A DNA stretch of 64,000 bases from Nitrospirota bacterium (GTDB lineage: Bacteria > Nitrospirota > Nitrospiria > Nitrospirales > NS-4): the NCBI GenBank assembly GCA_963788195.1, contig CAWBGA010000002.1, positions 320,001 to 384,000 on the forward strand. The letters are read 5' to 3'. Under the pieces are notes generated by a model. It was not told where the DNA came from. It made no database searches and saw nothing but the letters and a program-made list of their open reading frames with translations. The stretch's first letter is position 1. Each line of letters begins with the position of its first letter. Shown piece after piece: positions 51,574 through 61,803 of this stretch. Position numbers and translations under genes: made by a program.

Positions 51574-51602
51574 TTGACGAACTTGCCCGTCACGCGTAGC
51601 AT
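51574..51602 (+). promoter_or_regulatory. sigma70-like promoter with AT-rich UP element
   Basis: TTGACG-N17-TAGCAT. Confidence 0.5.
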
Positions 51603-51765
51603 CCGGAGTGTGACGTCATAAGCTCCGTCGGCTGCTCGCGTTTTTATTGCCTACAGCGCGATTCCGCTCCCAGTCTGCGCCGCTTCTACGCCAGCCTGTT
51701 TGCTTGCTGCATGTATTTTGACCAGGGTGGTGCGTTTCGGCAGAGATTGGATAGGAGGGTGACCT

Positions 51766-52038
51766 GTGGAACAACTGATGTGGATCGGCATTTGGGTCGT
51801 GGCCGGGGTGGGCCTTCTTGCCTTGATCCCGGTGCTGGTTGTCGGAGGGTGGTTTATTGTCGTCACGCTCATCATGGGTCTGGGTGACAAGACAATAGGA
51901 TTACTGGATCAGGGATGGAAGACAATACGCCGAAGGATTCGAACCCGAGAAAAACCAGTACTCAGAGTGGGACAACAACAAGCCATTCAAAGTAAAGAAC
52001 TGGCTTCAGCCTCGGGATCGCCGCCCGGATCACCATAG
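51766..52038 (+). CDS. Small hypothetical membrane protein
   Basis: SD AGGAGG, GTG start, hydrophobic N-terminal half. Confidence 0.6.
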   Translation: MEQLMWIGIWVVAGVGLLALIPVLVVGGWFIVVTLIMGLGDKTIGLLDQGWKTIRRRIRTREKPVLRVGQQQAIQSKELASASGSPPGSP

Positions 52039-52184
52039 TTTCACGACAGCGTGGGGCCTTGCAGCCCCTAATCTCAGACAGCTATTAAAGAATCCCCCCT
52101 AAGCGAGGTATTGCGAAGCGATAAGCACGTAGCTACATCTACGTCCGGCACAGTCCAAGGATATCCGCAATCCAGGGAGGGTAC

Positions 52185-52427
52185 ATGTTTACAAAATCCA
52201 AGGGAAGAGGGGTGGTTTCCTTGACGGAACGGGAACAGCAGGTTCTCAATCTGATCTGGAATGGCCTCAAGAACCGCGAAATTGGCGATGAATTAAGAAT
52301 CAGCCATAAGACCGTGGAGGCGCACCGCGCCAACATGATGAAGAAGCTACGTGCGACAAATGCCGCGCAATTGTTGAAAAGCTGCTTTGAGCAAGGCTTC
52401 CTGCGACAAAAACAAACAGTGGCCTAA
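52185..52427 (+). CDS. Stand-alone LuxR-type HTH regulator
   Basis: LTEREQQVL..NREIG..SHKTVEAHRANMMKKL; SD GGAGG. Confidence 0.88.
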   Translation: MFTKSKGRGVVSLTEREQQVLNLIWNGLKNREIGDELRISHKTVEAHRANMMKKLRATNAAQLLKSCFEQGFLRQKQTVA

Positions 52428-52526
52428 ACGTGGTTTGACGTCCGCGACGGCGAACCTTAGGCTTTCCTGGCGCGACCCGTGTCCCCGCGTTCTAAGGAGG
52501 GCGTGCTTGGTGCTTTCGCCGGGGTT

Positions 52527-52706
52527 TTACTTCGTCGCGGCACGCCGTGCTCCTTTCTTTTTGGGCAAAGCTTTCTTTTTGGACAAGCCTAATTCCTTTC
52601 GGGCTTGCACCAACGACGCCTGCTCTTCTTTCATGGCTTTTTGAATCAGTGCCAAACGACGCTTCATCATTGCCAAACGAAGCTCTATCTTACTTCTTCG
52701 TGGCAT
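52527..52706 (-). CDS. Small very basic coiled-coil protein (59 aa)
   Basis: MPRRSKIELRLAMMKRRL..SKKKALPKKKGARRAATK. Confidence 0.55.
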   Translation of the reverse strand: MPRRSKIELRLAMMKRRLALIQKAMKEEQASLVQARKELGLSKKKALPKKKGARRAATK

Positions 52707-52945
52707 CTTTCCCCACCCGCTCACAGAACCACTCCCACCTCTGTCCCTCTGTTTTTGGCATCAATCAAGCTATTAGCCAATCATTCGTTGGTAATCCCAT
52801 ATACCGCTTCCAGGAACCATGGGCTACCTTACAGGATGCCGTCAATAAGAGAAGCTTCGTTCAGAACCGTGACTTAGAGCGCAGGCAGTCGAAAAGCGCC
52901 ATATCGCCCCTGGTACCAAAGTTAGCGGAGAACAAGGGGAAATCC

Positions 52946-53021
52946 TGGTGCGCCCGGAGGGATTTGAACCCCCAACCCTCAGATCCGTAGTCTGATGCTC
53001 TATCCATTGAGCTACGGGCGC
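52946..53021 (-). tRNA. tRNA-Arg (ACG)
   Basis: GCGCCCG acceptor stem, TCAGA-CTACGGA-TCTGA anticodon arm, GGTTCAAATCC, CCA; 76 nt. Confidence 0.97.
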
Positions 53022-53450
53022 GTATCGTCAGGAGTGCGGCGTTGAGTCGTGTTTTAGATCAGCTGGATTCCCGTGTCTTGGGATGTCGTGCAATCCAGGC
53101 AAGCACCGCTTTTATACCGGTCTTTCGAGAGAGCCGTCAAGTCAGCCCGCCAACATTCAGACCGTCATCTGATATCTCTGTGCTGAAGTTAATACATAAA
53201 GAATTCCGCATTTTCCGATCGCGTGCGTTTACCAACCTCTGAGGGTTGATTGGAGAGGGATATACGGCGGGCCGAAAAGCGTACGCTGTGCTTGGCAAAG
53301 GGCAATATGTGCGGATCGGGCGAAAACGCGAACGTGAAGAAGGACTTGGTGGCCGGGAATACGGGAAGCGTAGCGCTAAAATGACGGAAGTGCAAATCTT
53401 AAGGAAGTGCGAGCTTAATTAAGAAGAGGTGCGCCGGCTGGGTTCGAGCG

Positions 53451-53717
53451 TCAAAACGCCGTGCGCTTTCCCTTTAAGACGATCTTAAATCGAAGTTGCA
53501 GTTTTTGTTGATCGGCTTCGCGAATGTAGCTTTCCGGCAGGATGATCGTGTGGCCTGTCGAGAAATTCCTCAGCTCGACGCGTTTATCTTGAACTCCCTG
53601 GATCCGCCATTCGTTGGGAAAGAGCGCCATGGTTTGGCGCTTGGCATTCACCTGCTCCGGCACCGGCAAGATTTTCATTTCCGAGCCGATCCTTGAATGG
53701 AAGTCGAATATGGGCAT
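53451..53717 (-). CDS. Hypothetical protein
   Basis: 88-aa beta-rich ORF. Confidence 0.45.
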   Translation of the reverse strand: MPIFDFHSRIGSEMKILPVPEQVNAKRQTMALFPNEWRIQGVQDKRVELRNFSTGHTIILPESYIREADQQKLQLRFKIVLKGKRTAF

Positions 53718-53867
53718 TGCGAGTTCCTATGGCGCTCATGCCGGTGCCTGCCGGCTCGTATAGCCAGCTCAAAGCCTGACGTAGCGCGAGGGCTTTGTCA
53801 ATGGATTAAAGTAGAACGCCCTAAGTGTAAAGATCTCAGAGCTCGGGTGCTTTGCGCGAAGGGAAAA

Positions 53868-54437
53868 TCAGGGACACTTTGAATCGTGAAGCGAGGAGGA
53901 CTGTAAACAGCTTTCTTTTGTTTCTCTCCATTCGCGGGCCAATTTCTGCGCTGCCGTGATCTGTTCGGGTGTCATCATCTTGGACACTAAGATTCTGGCC
54001 CGATGCGCTTCTCTATGACCTTGGCTGGCAGAAAGGTTGAACCACATATGAGCCTGGACAAGGTCGCGAGCCACTCCGTGGCCTTCTTTATACATCACGC
54101 CGAGATTATATTGTGCTTCCGGAAGCTGCTGTTCCGCGGCTTCCTCGTACCAATGGATCGCTTGCGCATAATCTTTTGGCACGCCATAGCCTTTGGAATA
54201 CATTCCACCGAGATTGGACATAGCCTTGGGAAAACCCTGCTCCGCTGCGAGTCGATACCAGTGAATCGCTTTCTGAAAATCCTGCGGCACGCCTTTGCCT
54301 TTGGCGTACATGACGCCAAGGTAAAACTCGGCCTCCGGGAGTTCTTCTTCCGCCAGGGGGCGGAGTTCTTTTAGCGCGACGCCATAGCGACCTTCGTAGT
54401 AGGCGTCAATGCCTTCTTTAAGCCCGGCTATGGCCAC
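53868..54437 (-). CDS. Sel1-repeat protein; signal peptide probably frameshifted at an A8 tract
   Basis: Repeats LGxMYxKGxGVxxD...AAEQG. Confidence 0.9.
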   Translation of the reverse strand: MAIAGLKEGIDAYYEGRYGVALKELRPLAEEELPEAEFYLGVMYAKGKGVPQDFQKAIHWYRLAAEQGFPKAMSNLGGMYSKGYGVPKDYAQAIHWYEEAAEQQLPEAQYNLGVMYKEGHGVARDLVQAHMWFNLSASQGHREAHRARILVSKMMTPEQITAAQKLAREWRETKESCLQSSSLHDSKCP

Positions 54438-54657
54438 CGAGTTGAAGGACCAGAAAAGCGCCGTCAGTATGAAAAAAAAGCCGAGACAAATGCGTGCATT
54501 CGTAAAAGAGCCCTAGATTAGATCACCTACTGTAGAGTAGGTGCGGATTTGACTGTCATTCCCCTTTTCGTAGGGACTATCCCGTTGGGACCAGTTCGAT
54601 TTCCATTTGCGCGCCGCCGCCCCTTATTTAGAAGCGTCGCGTGCCCGGCGGAGTGCG

Positions 54658-56128
54658 TTAGCGGGTCAATGAGTCTTTGATGTCAGGTGGCGTCGTTTGG
54701 ATACGGCCCCCGAGACTGGGAAAGCGGGCCTGCAATGCCTGTTGAATAAGCCAGGCAATCTGCGGTACGAGAAATGACCTTTGACTCCTGACCGGACTCG
54801 TGCGATGTATTCTGCTTCCGCGTAGTCCATCTTGAACAGACAACGGGTCCGAAACCCGAAAGGTGTCAAGTAGGCCGCGGCCTCCGGATGGGACAGCGCA
54901 AAGCTTTCCAACTGCTCACCAATGACGCCCATAGTCTCACGATATGGCGAATCCATGCCGGCCGCAGTGAGAATTTCCGGGGTCTCATAGCCATGGATCG
55001 TGGTGAACTCCTGGCGAATCTGCTGGCAACGCCGGTGCCGATGCAGGTCCCTCCAACCGCCGAGGTCCATCAAAATGTCAAAAATGAAGCCGTACCCGCA
55101 ATGGAACTCCTTTAAAAGCTCGTCATGAGCACCGCGGCGATGCAACGCTATGTCGATCAGCTCCAGCTTGTCTTTTTCTGCCCAGTCCTGGATCGCGGCA
55201 AGAATCTGTCGGTACGGATAGGCGGTGACCTTGTACAGTAAGGTCGAGGCAAGTTCGTCCACAGGGTCGTGAGGAGGAAGAAGTTCTACCGGTTCACTCA
55301 CCTGAATCGGCACCGAGACGTACCCGGTCCAGCGCGAATGTCTTGAGGTCCTGATATGTTTTCAGGAGATAATCATTCGGCCTGGCATATCGCGCAAGCG
55401 TGGGGGCCAGCGGCTCAGTAAGGGCAGCCGATTGTCCGCCAGCTCGCTCCAGAGATTCAGAGGGGGTGCGGCGCAGGCGCCTTTGAGGTCCTCGCCGATC
55501 CCACGCAGTTCTGCGACGGGGAGAGACAGTAGGCGGCTGATCTGCTTTTCCAAGGTGCGAATGCTCACTACCTGGCCCACGTTAGTCCGTGACGCGAGGG
55601 TCAAAAGGTATCTGGTCACGTCGAACGTTCGGGCGGTCATCGTCCGATCGTAGGCCGCCGTCTTCATTTCTGACGGCTGCGGGGTCGTGCGGCAGAGGTA
55701 GTCCTTAATCGGCTGGTAAAGAGATTCGTAGGTCTGATGCAGGCGCGCAGCAATCCCCCGGTAGGTGGCTTCGACCGGCGTGCCCAAAATCTCGTCCGGA
55801 ACAAAGACACCCCCGGTCCGAAGTCTTGATAGCGCGAGGATTTTGCCTGCCCATCCCACAGGACCTCGTCTTCAATGTGGATCGCCGCCAGCTCGGAGAT
55901 GCCTTCAAAGCAAATGATGACGTGCCCCAAATCGGCGATCGAGGCGTGGCCATAGTCGAAATAGAATTGCTCCCAGAATTTTTCCGACGAGTGGCTATGG
56001 ACCCACCGCAGACTGTCCTCGATGGAATCGGCAGAGCGACTGTAGCGCGCCAAGGCGTATGCCGATTTTTCGGGTGGCATAGGAGCGAGCGCAAGCACCC
56101 GCCGAGTAGACGCGGACATGCTGGGCAT
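54658..56128 (-). CDS. thyX: FAD-dependent thymidylate synthase, long two-domain form; frameshifted
   Basis: ARYSRS, YGHASIADL, SSRYQDF, RDLHRHR, GHFSYR. Confidence 0.85.
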
Positions 56129-56208
56129 GATAGGGGCCTCTGCCTAACCCGTCAAGGGTCTGGATCGTGGCAATTGAATCCCTATAGATGGAGTGTTAGG
56201 GTTCGATC

Positions 56209-56901
56209 GTGTGGACCACGTTCCACGTCCAGATCCTGGACGCGGAACTTTGCTGGAACAGAGTGGAAAGGAAGAGGGGCCCGGTGGATCCAATTGTCTT
56301 CACACGTGAAGAGCTGAGCCTGATCACCGACGACAAGTTTTTCCGCGCCAAGGCGCGGATCATGCGCAAAGTGCGCGGCATCCTGGACACCTTGTATGCG
56401 GGGCTTTTGGAAGAGCTGCGCGGTGTGGATCTCATCACCCCACAGGGATTCAATCCTCTGGCACACCAGTTTGTAAAGGGCGAACATCTGGAGGATTTTC
56501 CGTACCAGTACCTCGACTATTTTAAACACTTCGATGATGACAATAAGTTCACGTTCCGCTCGCTTTTCTGGTGGGGGCACTACTATGTGTTCGCCTTGAT
56601 ACTCGAAGGGGAAGGCTTGAGTCAGTACAAGAAGAACTTCGTGAACCGCTACGAGCAACTTGCCGACAGGAAGCTTTCGCTGTGCTTGGGAGGAAGCCCG
56701 TGGGAGTGGAAGCGCGGCGAAGGCTACACGATGGAGCTTACCTGGGAGCGCAAGGTGGATCTTGTGGCATTGCTGTCGAACCGGTCTTTTCTGAAAGTCG
56801 CGCGGTTTGTGCCCTACGATGACCCTGCCGTGGAATCGGGCCGGCTCGACGAGATTGGGCGCTCGACGCTGCGCGAGCTGCTGCCCATCATCACGCCGTA
56901 A
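56209..56901 (+). CDS. Hypothetical protein; start probably GTG 56284
   Basis: Long coding-like ORF (KGEHLEDFPYQYLD, FWWGH). Confidence 0.7.
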   Translation: MWTTFHVQILDAELCWNRVERKRGPVDPIVFTREELSLITDDKFFRAKARIMRKVRGILDTLYAGLLEELRGVDLITPQGFNPLAHQFVKGEHLEDFPYQYLDYFKHFDDDNKFTFRSLFWWGHYYVFALILEGEGLSQYKKNFVNRYEQLADRKLSLCLGGSPWEWKRGEGYTMELTWERKVDLVALLSNRSFLKVARFVPYDDPAVESGRLDEIGRSTLRELLPIITP

Positions 56902-56915
56902 TCTTTCTTCTAGTT

Positions 56916-57053
56916 TGTCACCCTGAACGAAGTGAAGGGTCTCTCACATATACATTAGAAGCAGTGCGGCGAGGTCGAGCCTCTGTGTTAGTGCATGCGA
57001 TGCACCGGGACTTCTCTCCTGTCCTTAGATTCTTCGCTGCGCTCAGAATGACA
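56916..57053. repeat. REP/MITE-like element with TGTCA...TGACA ends
   Basis: TGTCACCCTGAACGAAGTGAAGGGTCT ... AGATTCTTCGCTGCGCTCAGAATGACA; relative at 58676. Confidence 0.7.
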
Positions 57054-57061
57054 ACGCGAGG

Positions 57062-58225
57062 TTATCGGCTGTAGGTCTTCAGGATCTCCCGCACGCGGCT
57101 AAGGTTTATCGCCTCGGCTTTATAATCGTCCCGTCCGACCACGGTCGTCGCCATGGTCAGGGCATTGAGAATCGCTTCATTCGTGGACTCGACGGTGGCC
57201 GTGAATAGGGGATTCATATGGGTATCAGCGAACGCCGTGATTGGATAGGTGGGTTGTTTAGGGTAATGAGGAATGACGGTCGCGGTCGAGAATGCCAGTA
57301 TAAAGTCGCCGCTGCCATGTCTTGCTGTCGAGCCGGTGCGGGCCAAGCCCGATCGCCGCGCGTTTGGCTAAACGCTTCAGCTGGCGAGCATCGAGGGGCG
57401 CGTCGGTTGCAATGACAATGATGACGGAGCCTTCAGTGCCCTTGCTGTCCGGCGGGCCATATAGTCTGCCGATCGGGACACCGCCCATCACGAGTTCGCT
57501 TCTTCGGCCGTGGTTGGCGTTCACGAGTACGCCGACCGTGAAATTGCCTTCAGTTGAAATGATGCGAGACGATGTACCGATTCCGCCTTTAAAGCCATAG
57601 GCAATTAAGCCGGCTCCGGCTCCGACGCTCCCTTCCGGTACAGGACCGCCGGATGCTCGATCGAGAGCCCGGATAACGTCGGCTTCGGAGACATGACGAC
57701 CCTGGATATCGTTGAGCCGGCTATCGTCACATTCCGCGACGACCGGTGTGAGGGTGTCATCCGTCACTCCAATGCCGGGGTAACGGCCGATCATCCAACT
57801 CATCACACCGTTCGCGACCCGGGAAGATTTAAGGTGTTGGTCAGCGCGATCGGATATTCCAGGAAGCCTGCTTCCTCAACCCAGGCCAGGCCAGTCATCT
57901 CTCCTGTGCCATTCAGCACGAATGCGCCGGCGGGAACCTTTTTGTGCCATACGTCGTCGCGGGGAACGATCACTGTGACTCCGGTGCGCACGGGGCCTTG
58001 GCCGGGAATAAGCCGGCCGCTGCCCCGGATCAATGTCGCATGACCAACTCGCACGCCGGGGACATCCGTGATAGCGTTGAGGGGCCCGGGGGAGAGCTCG
58101 CCGAGGTACAGGCCGAGTGTTCGGGCCCGCACCCGGGATTCTTCGGGGGCGGAAGCGGGCAGACCTTGGGCTTCGGCGCAGGCGGAGACCCAAATGAATA
58201 ACAGGAGAAATACCGGCAGGATCAA
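57062..58225 (-). CDS. DmpA/P1 (S58) aminopeptidase; frameshifted
   Basis: NAITDVPGVRVGH, RTGVT, GAGAG, GSVIIVIATDAPL, GSGD. Confidence 0.88.
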
Positions 58226-58645
58226 CGCCGGCCGCCGGCCACCGGATAGCCGGCTTGCAGCCAGGCGTTCATGCTCCCGCGAATGTTGTACACATTCTTA
58301 TAGCCGAGCTCACTCAGGGTGTCTGCAGCAACATTGCTCCGCTTGCCGGATTGACAATAGACCACGATATGGTCATCGAGACCTACGCCGAGCTCCTGGT
58401 GGCGCCGGCCGATTTCCCGATAATCGATATTGAGATCGGTTCCCGGAATCGCCCCGCGGTCATGCTCCTCGACTGTCCGGACGTCCACCAACACAAAGCC
58501 TTTCTCACGAGCGTTCGGGGCCTTGTCCAGAACGGCTTTGACCTCCTGGACGTCAGCTGCCGTACGCCCGAGGCTGATCCTGTCGGTCAACGAAAGCGAG
58601 AAGAACGACTAAAAGACTGAGGGATGAGGCCCATCGAAGTTTCAT
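58222..58645 (-). CDS. Rhodanese-like protein; frameshift in the signal region
   Basis: VDVRT..GAIPG, YCQSGKRS, GSMNAW; SD AGGAGG. Confidence 0.9.
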
Positions 58646-58675
58646 GGTTTGCCTCCTTTGTAAGAATGGCGTCTG

Positions 58676-58734
58676 GTCATTCTGAGCCTTTGTCATTCTG
58701 AACGAAGTAGAAGGGCATCTTCACTAGTATGACA
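58676..58734. repeat. Degenerate copy of the TGTCATTCTGA REP-like element
   Basis: GTCATTCTGAG..TGTCATTCTGAACGAAGTAGAAGGG..ATGACA. Confidence 0.6.
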
Positions 58735-58801
58735 GCCGAAGGGTTTAGGGTGACAAGATATGCTACGGCGACGGTTTTACGCCGGTCAAGTGGAGAGAAG
58801 A

Positions 58802-59980
58802 TCAACAGGCACAAATAAGTGCGATGCTGGCGGTGTAGCTGTGCAGAAAGTTATTTCCGCCGACTGGTCCGATCTCCCCCATCGCAAAAAACCCGGCCTA
58901 CGGGCAGTTCGCCCATTTCATCCTGGATAGCGCCGGCGTCATGGTGGGGAGCCTGAAAAAACCGCTCTCCGCGCCCGTTGCAACTGAAGACAAGGGCGCC
59001 CGCAGGCGGCTTTTCCCGCCTGAGCGGTCGCGCTCTCCGGTCAGCAGCGCATGCAGGTCTTCACTGGCAGCTGCGGCATCCCGAAGTTGGAACTGGACCG
59101 TCTGGCCTTCCTTGACTATATCGCCGACGGCAAAACTGCCGCTCTGCTGATCGGCGCCGATAAGGTTGCGGATGAGAAAATCGCCACGTTCAAAATGGTC
59201 TTTGTGTTCGTCAATGACGATGCCTAAATGAAGGGCGCGCTCGGCTTGCTGTTGATCGGCCGGCGGAAGGAGACTGAATACTTCGCGCAGGCGTTCGAGG
59301 GCGGGCTTTCCGCTCAATTCGTGCACAATGTTCTGTTCGGCCTGGGTGATCATGAACCGCTCGCCGACAGGGCGGCACCCTTGAGAGACGACCGTACGAA
59401 GGCGGACGGCGCCAGTGAGGACTACGCCGACGGCGCCGTCTTCAACCGCCTGGCCATTGAAGATCAGACGGTTACCGCCCGGTTGATGGGCGCCGCTTGC
59501 CATGCCGCCGATGGCCGGCGCCTTCGGATAACGTCCCCGGAGTTCTCCCAAAAGGGCTTCAACCGGAGTCGTAAAAGGCTCCCCGACAACGAGGAAGGAA
59601 GGTTTGCTCTCAGCATCGGGCATATCCGTAGGCCATCCCGTCGTCGTAAAACCTCCTTCACCCTGTTCGAAGCGGAGGTGAAACGGCACCAGGTCGGCAC
59701 CGGGAAGATGGGCAGCCCACAAGCATAACGCGGGTAGTCCCTCAATCTCCTGCTTTCCCTCGATAATGCTTTCCGCGGAACAGCCCAGAACGACTTTAGG
59801 ATGCAAACGATCCGCAATGATCGAAGCGAGAAAATCGGCTGAGCCACTGTGATGCGGGGAAAAAAAGACAAAGGCGAGATCCACCGGATCCCCCCCGAAT
59901 GCTGTCTCAACCTCACGGCAGACGCCGTCAATGGCATCTGCTGTGATCGTCGCGCGCGAAAGGCTGGTACAAATTTTCAT
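58802..59980 (-). CDS. FIST signal-transduction domain protein; C-terminal frameshifts
   Basis: [44 protein letters not shown] in shifted frame. Confidence 0.88.
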
Positions 59981-60033
59981 AGATTCATGGCCTTGCCATA
60001 AAGCTCCTGAAGCCTAGGACAGCTTTTTTCGCT

Positions 60034-60318
60034 ATTGCACCAGCGATTCACCCGCCCAGCCCAAGCCATTGACCCATTGCATTTGAGGAGCAACGGGTAC
60101 CCCGACAGGCTGTCGTCCCGTGGGACAGCCTCCTTTTCCCATTGCACCCGCCCAGCCCTGGAGGCTGCCAAGACAGCCTCCTTTTCCCATGGCACCCAGC
60201 CGCCCCCGAGCTCGCCAAGACGAGCTCGTCTCACCCATGGCACCCGCCCAGCCGCCCTGGAGTACTCGACCCCTTGCACAGGAAGGCAAGGGGTGCCCCG
60301 GACAAACTCCTTTTCCCC
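60034..60318. repeat. Tandem array of about 48-bp hairpin repeats
   Basis: Units AT(T/G)GCACCC..stem-CCAAGA-stem..TTTTCCC at 60141, 60189 and 60237. Confidence 0.8.
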
Positions 60319-60331
60319 TGGGGGTGAGGAA

Positions 60332-60766
60332 TTACCGGTACCGGAGCCGGTCAAACGTGACATTTTCCATATAGATGATTTCATTGCCGTTGATGCCGTC
60401 AGAATCCATATCCCTCCACAGCGCGTGATCGTACCAATAAAAAACTGGAAAACGCTCCATGTCGTAGACGCCATGTCCATAGTCATTGACTTTCCAAGTG
60501 AGGACCTTGCGTCCCGTGACATAGTCTACGACCCCGTCCCTCTTCAGCGAATAGGTAAAGATTACGAGCCCTGCTTCGTTGTCATAAAGCTCCTCAATGA
60601 CTTGCTCCTGCGGGGGTTCGGGGGGAGGGGGCATGTGGCTTCCGGCCTGAACGATAGACGCTACCGCAGACCAGCCATCAGACCCAAGCCGCGCGCAAGC
60701 ACTCGCATCATGATGTCCTCCAGATGAGGGGATCACGGCAGGTCGCCGTAGAGTCGGGCATGGCAC
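60332..60766 (-). CDS. Hypothetical exported protein
   Basis: Coding-like ORF with DxDxDG motif (DMDSDGINGNE). Confidence 0.6.
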   Translation of the reverse strand: MPCPTLRRPAVIPSSGGHHDASACARLGSDGWSAVASIVQAGSHMPPPPEPPQEQVIEELYDNEAGLVIFTYSLKRDGVVDYVTGRKVLTWKVNDYGHGVYDMERFPVFYWYDHALWRDMDSDGINGNEIIYMENVTFDRLRYR

Positions 60767-60892
60767 TTGTTTGTAACATACTCCGATGAGACCTGTAAAT
60801 TGTGCGGCCTTCTTTTGTGGTAGGCACTCCCTTCTAGAGGTCGACGAAAGCGTTAGGGAACGACGTTCGAGTTATGCCATACTCCGCCGGCC

Positions 60893-61739
60893 ATGACGCC
60901 CGATCTCGTCCTGTATCATGCCAACTGTGCCGATGGATTCGCCGCCGCCTGGGCGATCTGGAAGAAGTATCCGGCGGCCGCCTTTGTTCCCGTGGATCAT
61001 GGTCAACCGCTCCCCGTTGATCCATCCGGCCGCCACGTCCTTATCGTCGACTTCAGCTATCCCAGACCAATGTTGGAGGACATCGCAAAGTCCGCGGCCT
61101 CCATCCAGGTGCTGGACCATCATATCACCGCGAAGGAAGCGCTGGATGGTCTGCCGTACGTCACATTCGATTTAAATAAGAGCGGCGCCGTCCTCGCATG
61201 GGAATGGGCGCATGGCACGCCGGCGCCGTGGTTACTGGAATATGTGCAGGACAAGGATCTGTTTACCTGGAAGTTGCCGGGCAGCCGTGAGATCACGGCT
61301 GCCCTGAGTGCGTATCCGCATGATTTCAGCAGTCTGGGATCGTATGCAGCGCGATGTTCTCGAGCAGGAGGGGCGGGCGATTCTCCGGTACGAGAACAAG
61401 CTGGTCGAGCAGATTCTTCAGGAAATGGTCCTCGTCGAATTCGAAGGCGAGACCGTGCCGTGCGTACAGAGCGCTGTGCTCACCAGTCAGATCGGGGAGC
61501 GTCTGACGGCCACATGTGCCTTCTGCTTGATCTGGCATGACCGCCATGGTCGACGATACTTCAGTATGCGTTCGCGTGAAGGGGGTGTTGATGTCTCACG
61601 GATCGCGGTGAAGTACGGTGGCGGAGGACACCCGCACGCCGCTGGCTTTTCTGTGCCGTGTGACGCTTCGTGCGCCCCTCCGGCGAACCAGTCCACCCCG
61701 GCGTCCCGATATTTCCGGCACGCTCGAAGAAGTAGGTAG
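60893..61739 (+). CDS. DHH/DHHA1 phosphoesterase (nanoRNase-like); frameshift near 61330
   Basis: YHANCADG, VDFS, LDHH, GGGGHPHAAGF. Confidence 0.88.
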
Positions 61740-61751
61740 CGACAAGGTGCC

Positions 61752-61799
61752 ATTGCACCCGCCCACCCTGGAGTTTGCCAAGACAAACTCCTTTTCCCC
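61752..61799. repeat. Solo copy of the 48-bp hairpin repeat
   Basis: ATTGCACCCGCCCACCCT-GGAGTTTG-CCAAGA-CAAACTCC-TTTTCCCC. Confidence 0.8.
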
Positions 61800-61803
61800 T
61801 TGC

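Noticed and set aside
60034..60318. CRISPR array
   Set aside because: No identical repeats alternating with unique spacers, variation lies within hairpin stems, and there are no cas genes in the window.
59977..60522. ORFs spanning the repeat array (WEKEAV repeats)
   Set aside because: They are translations of the DNA repeat and overlap a better ORF at 60332-60766.
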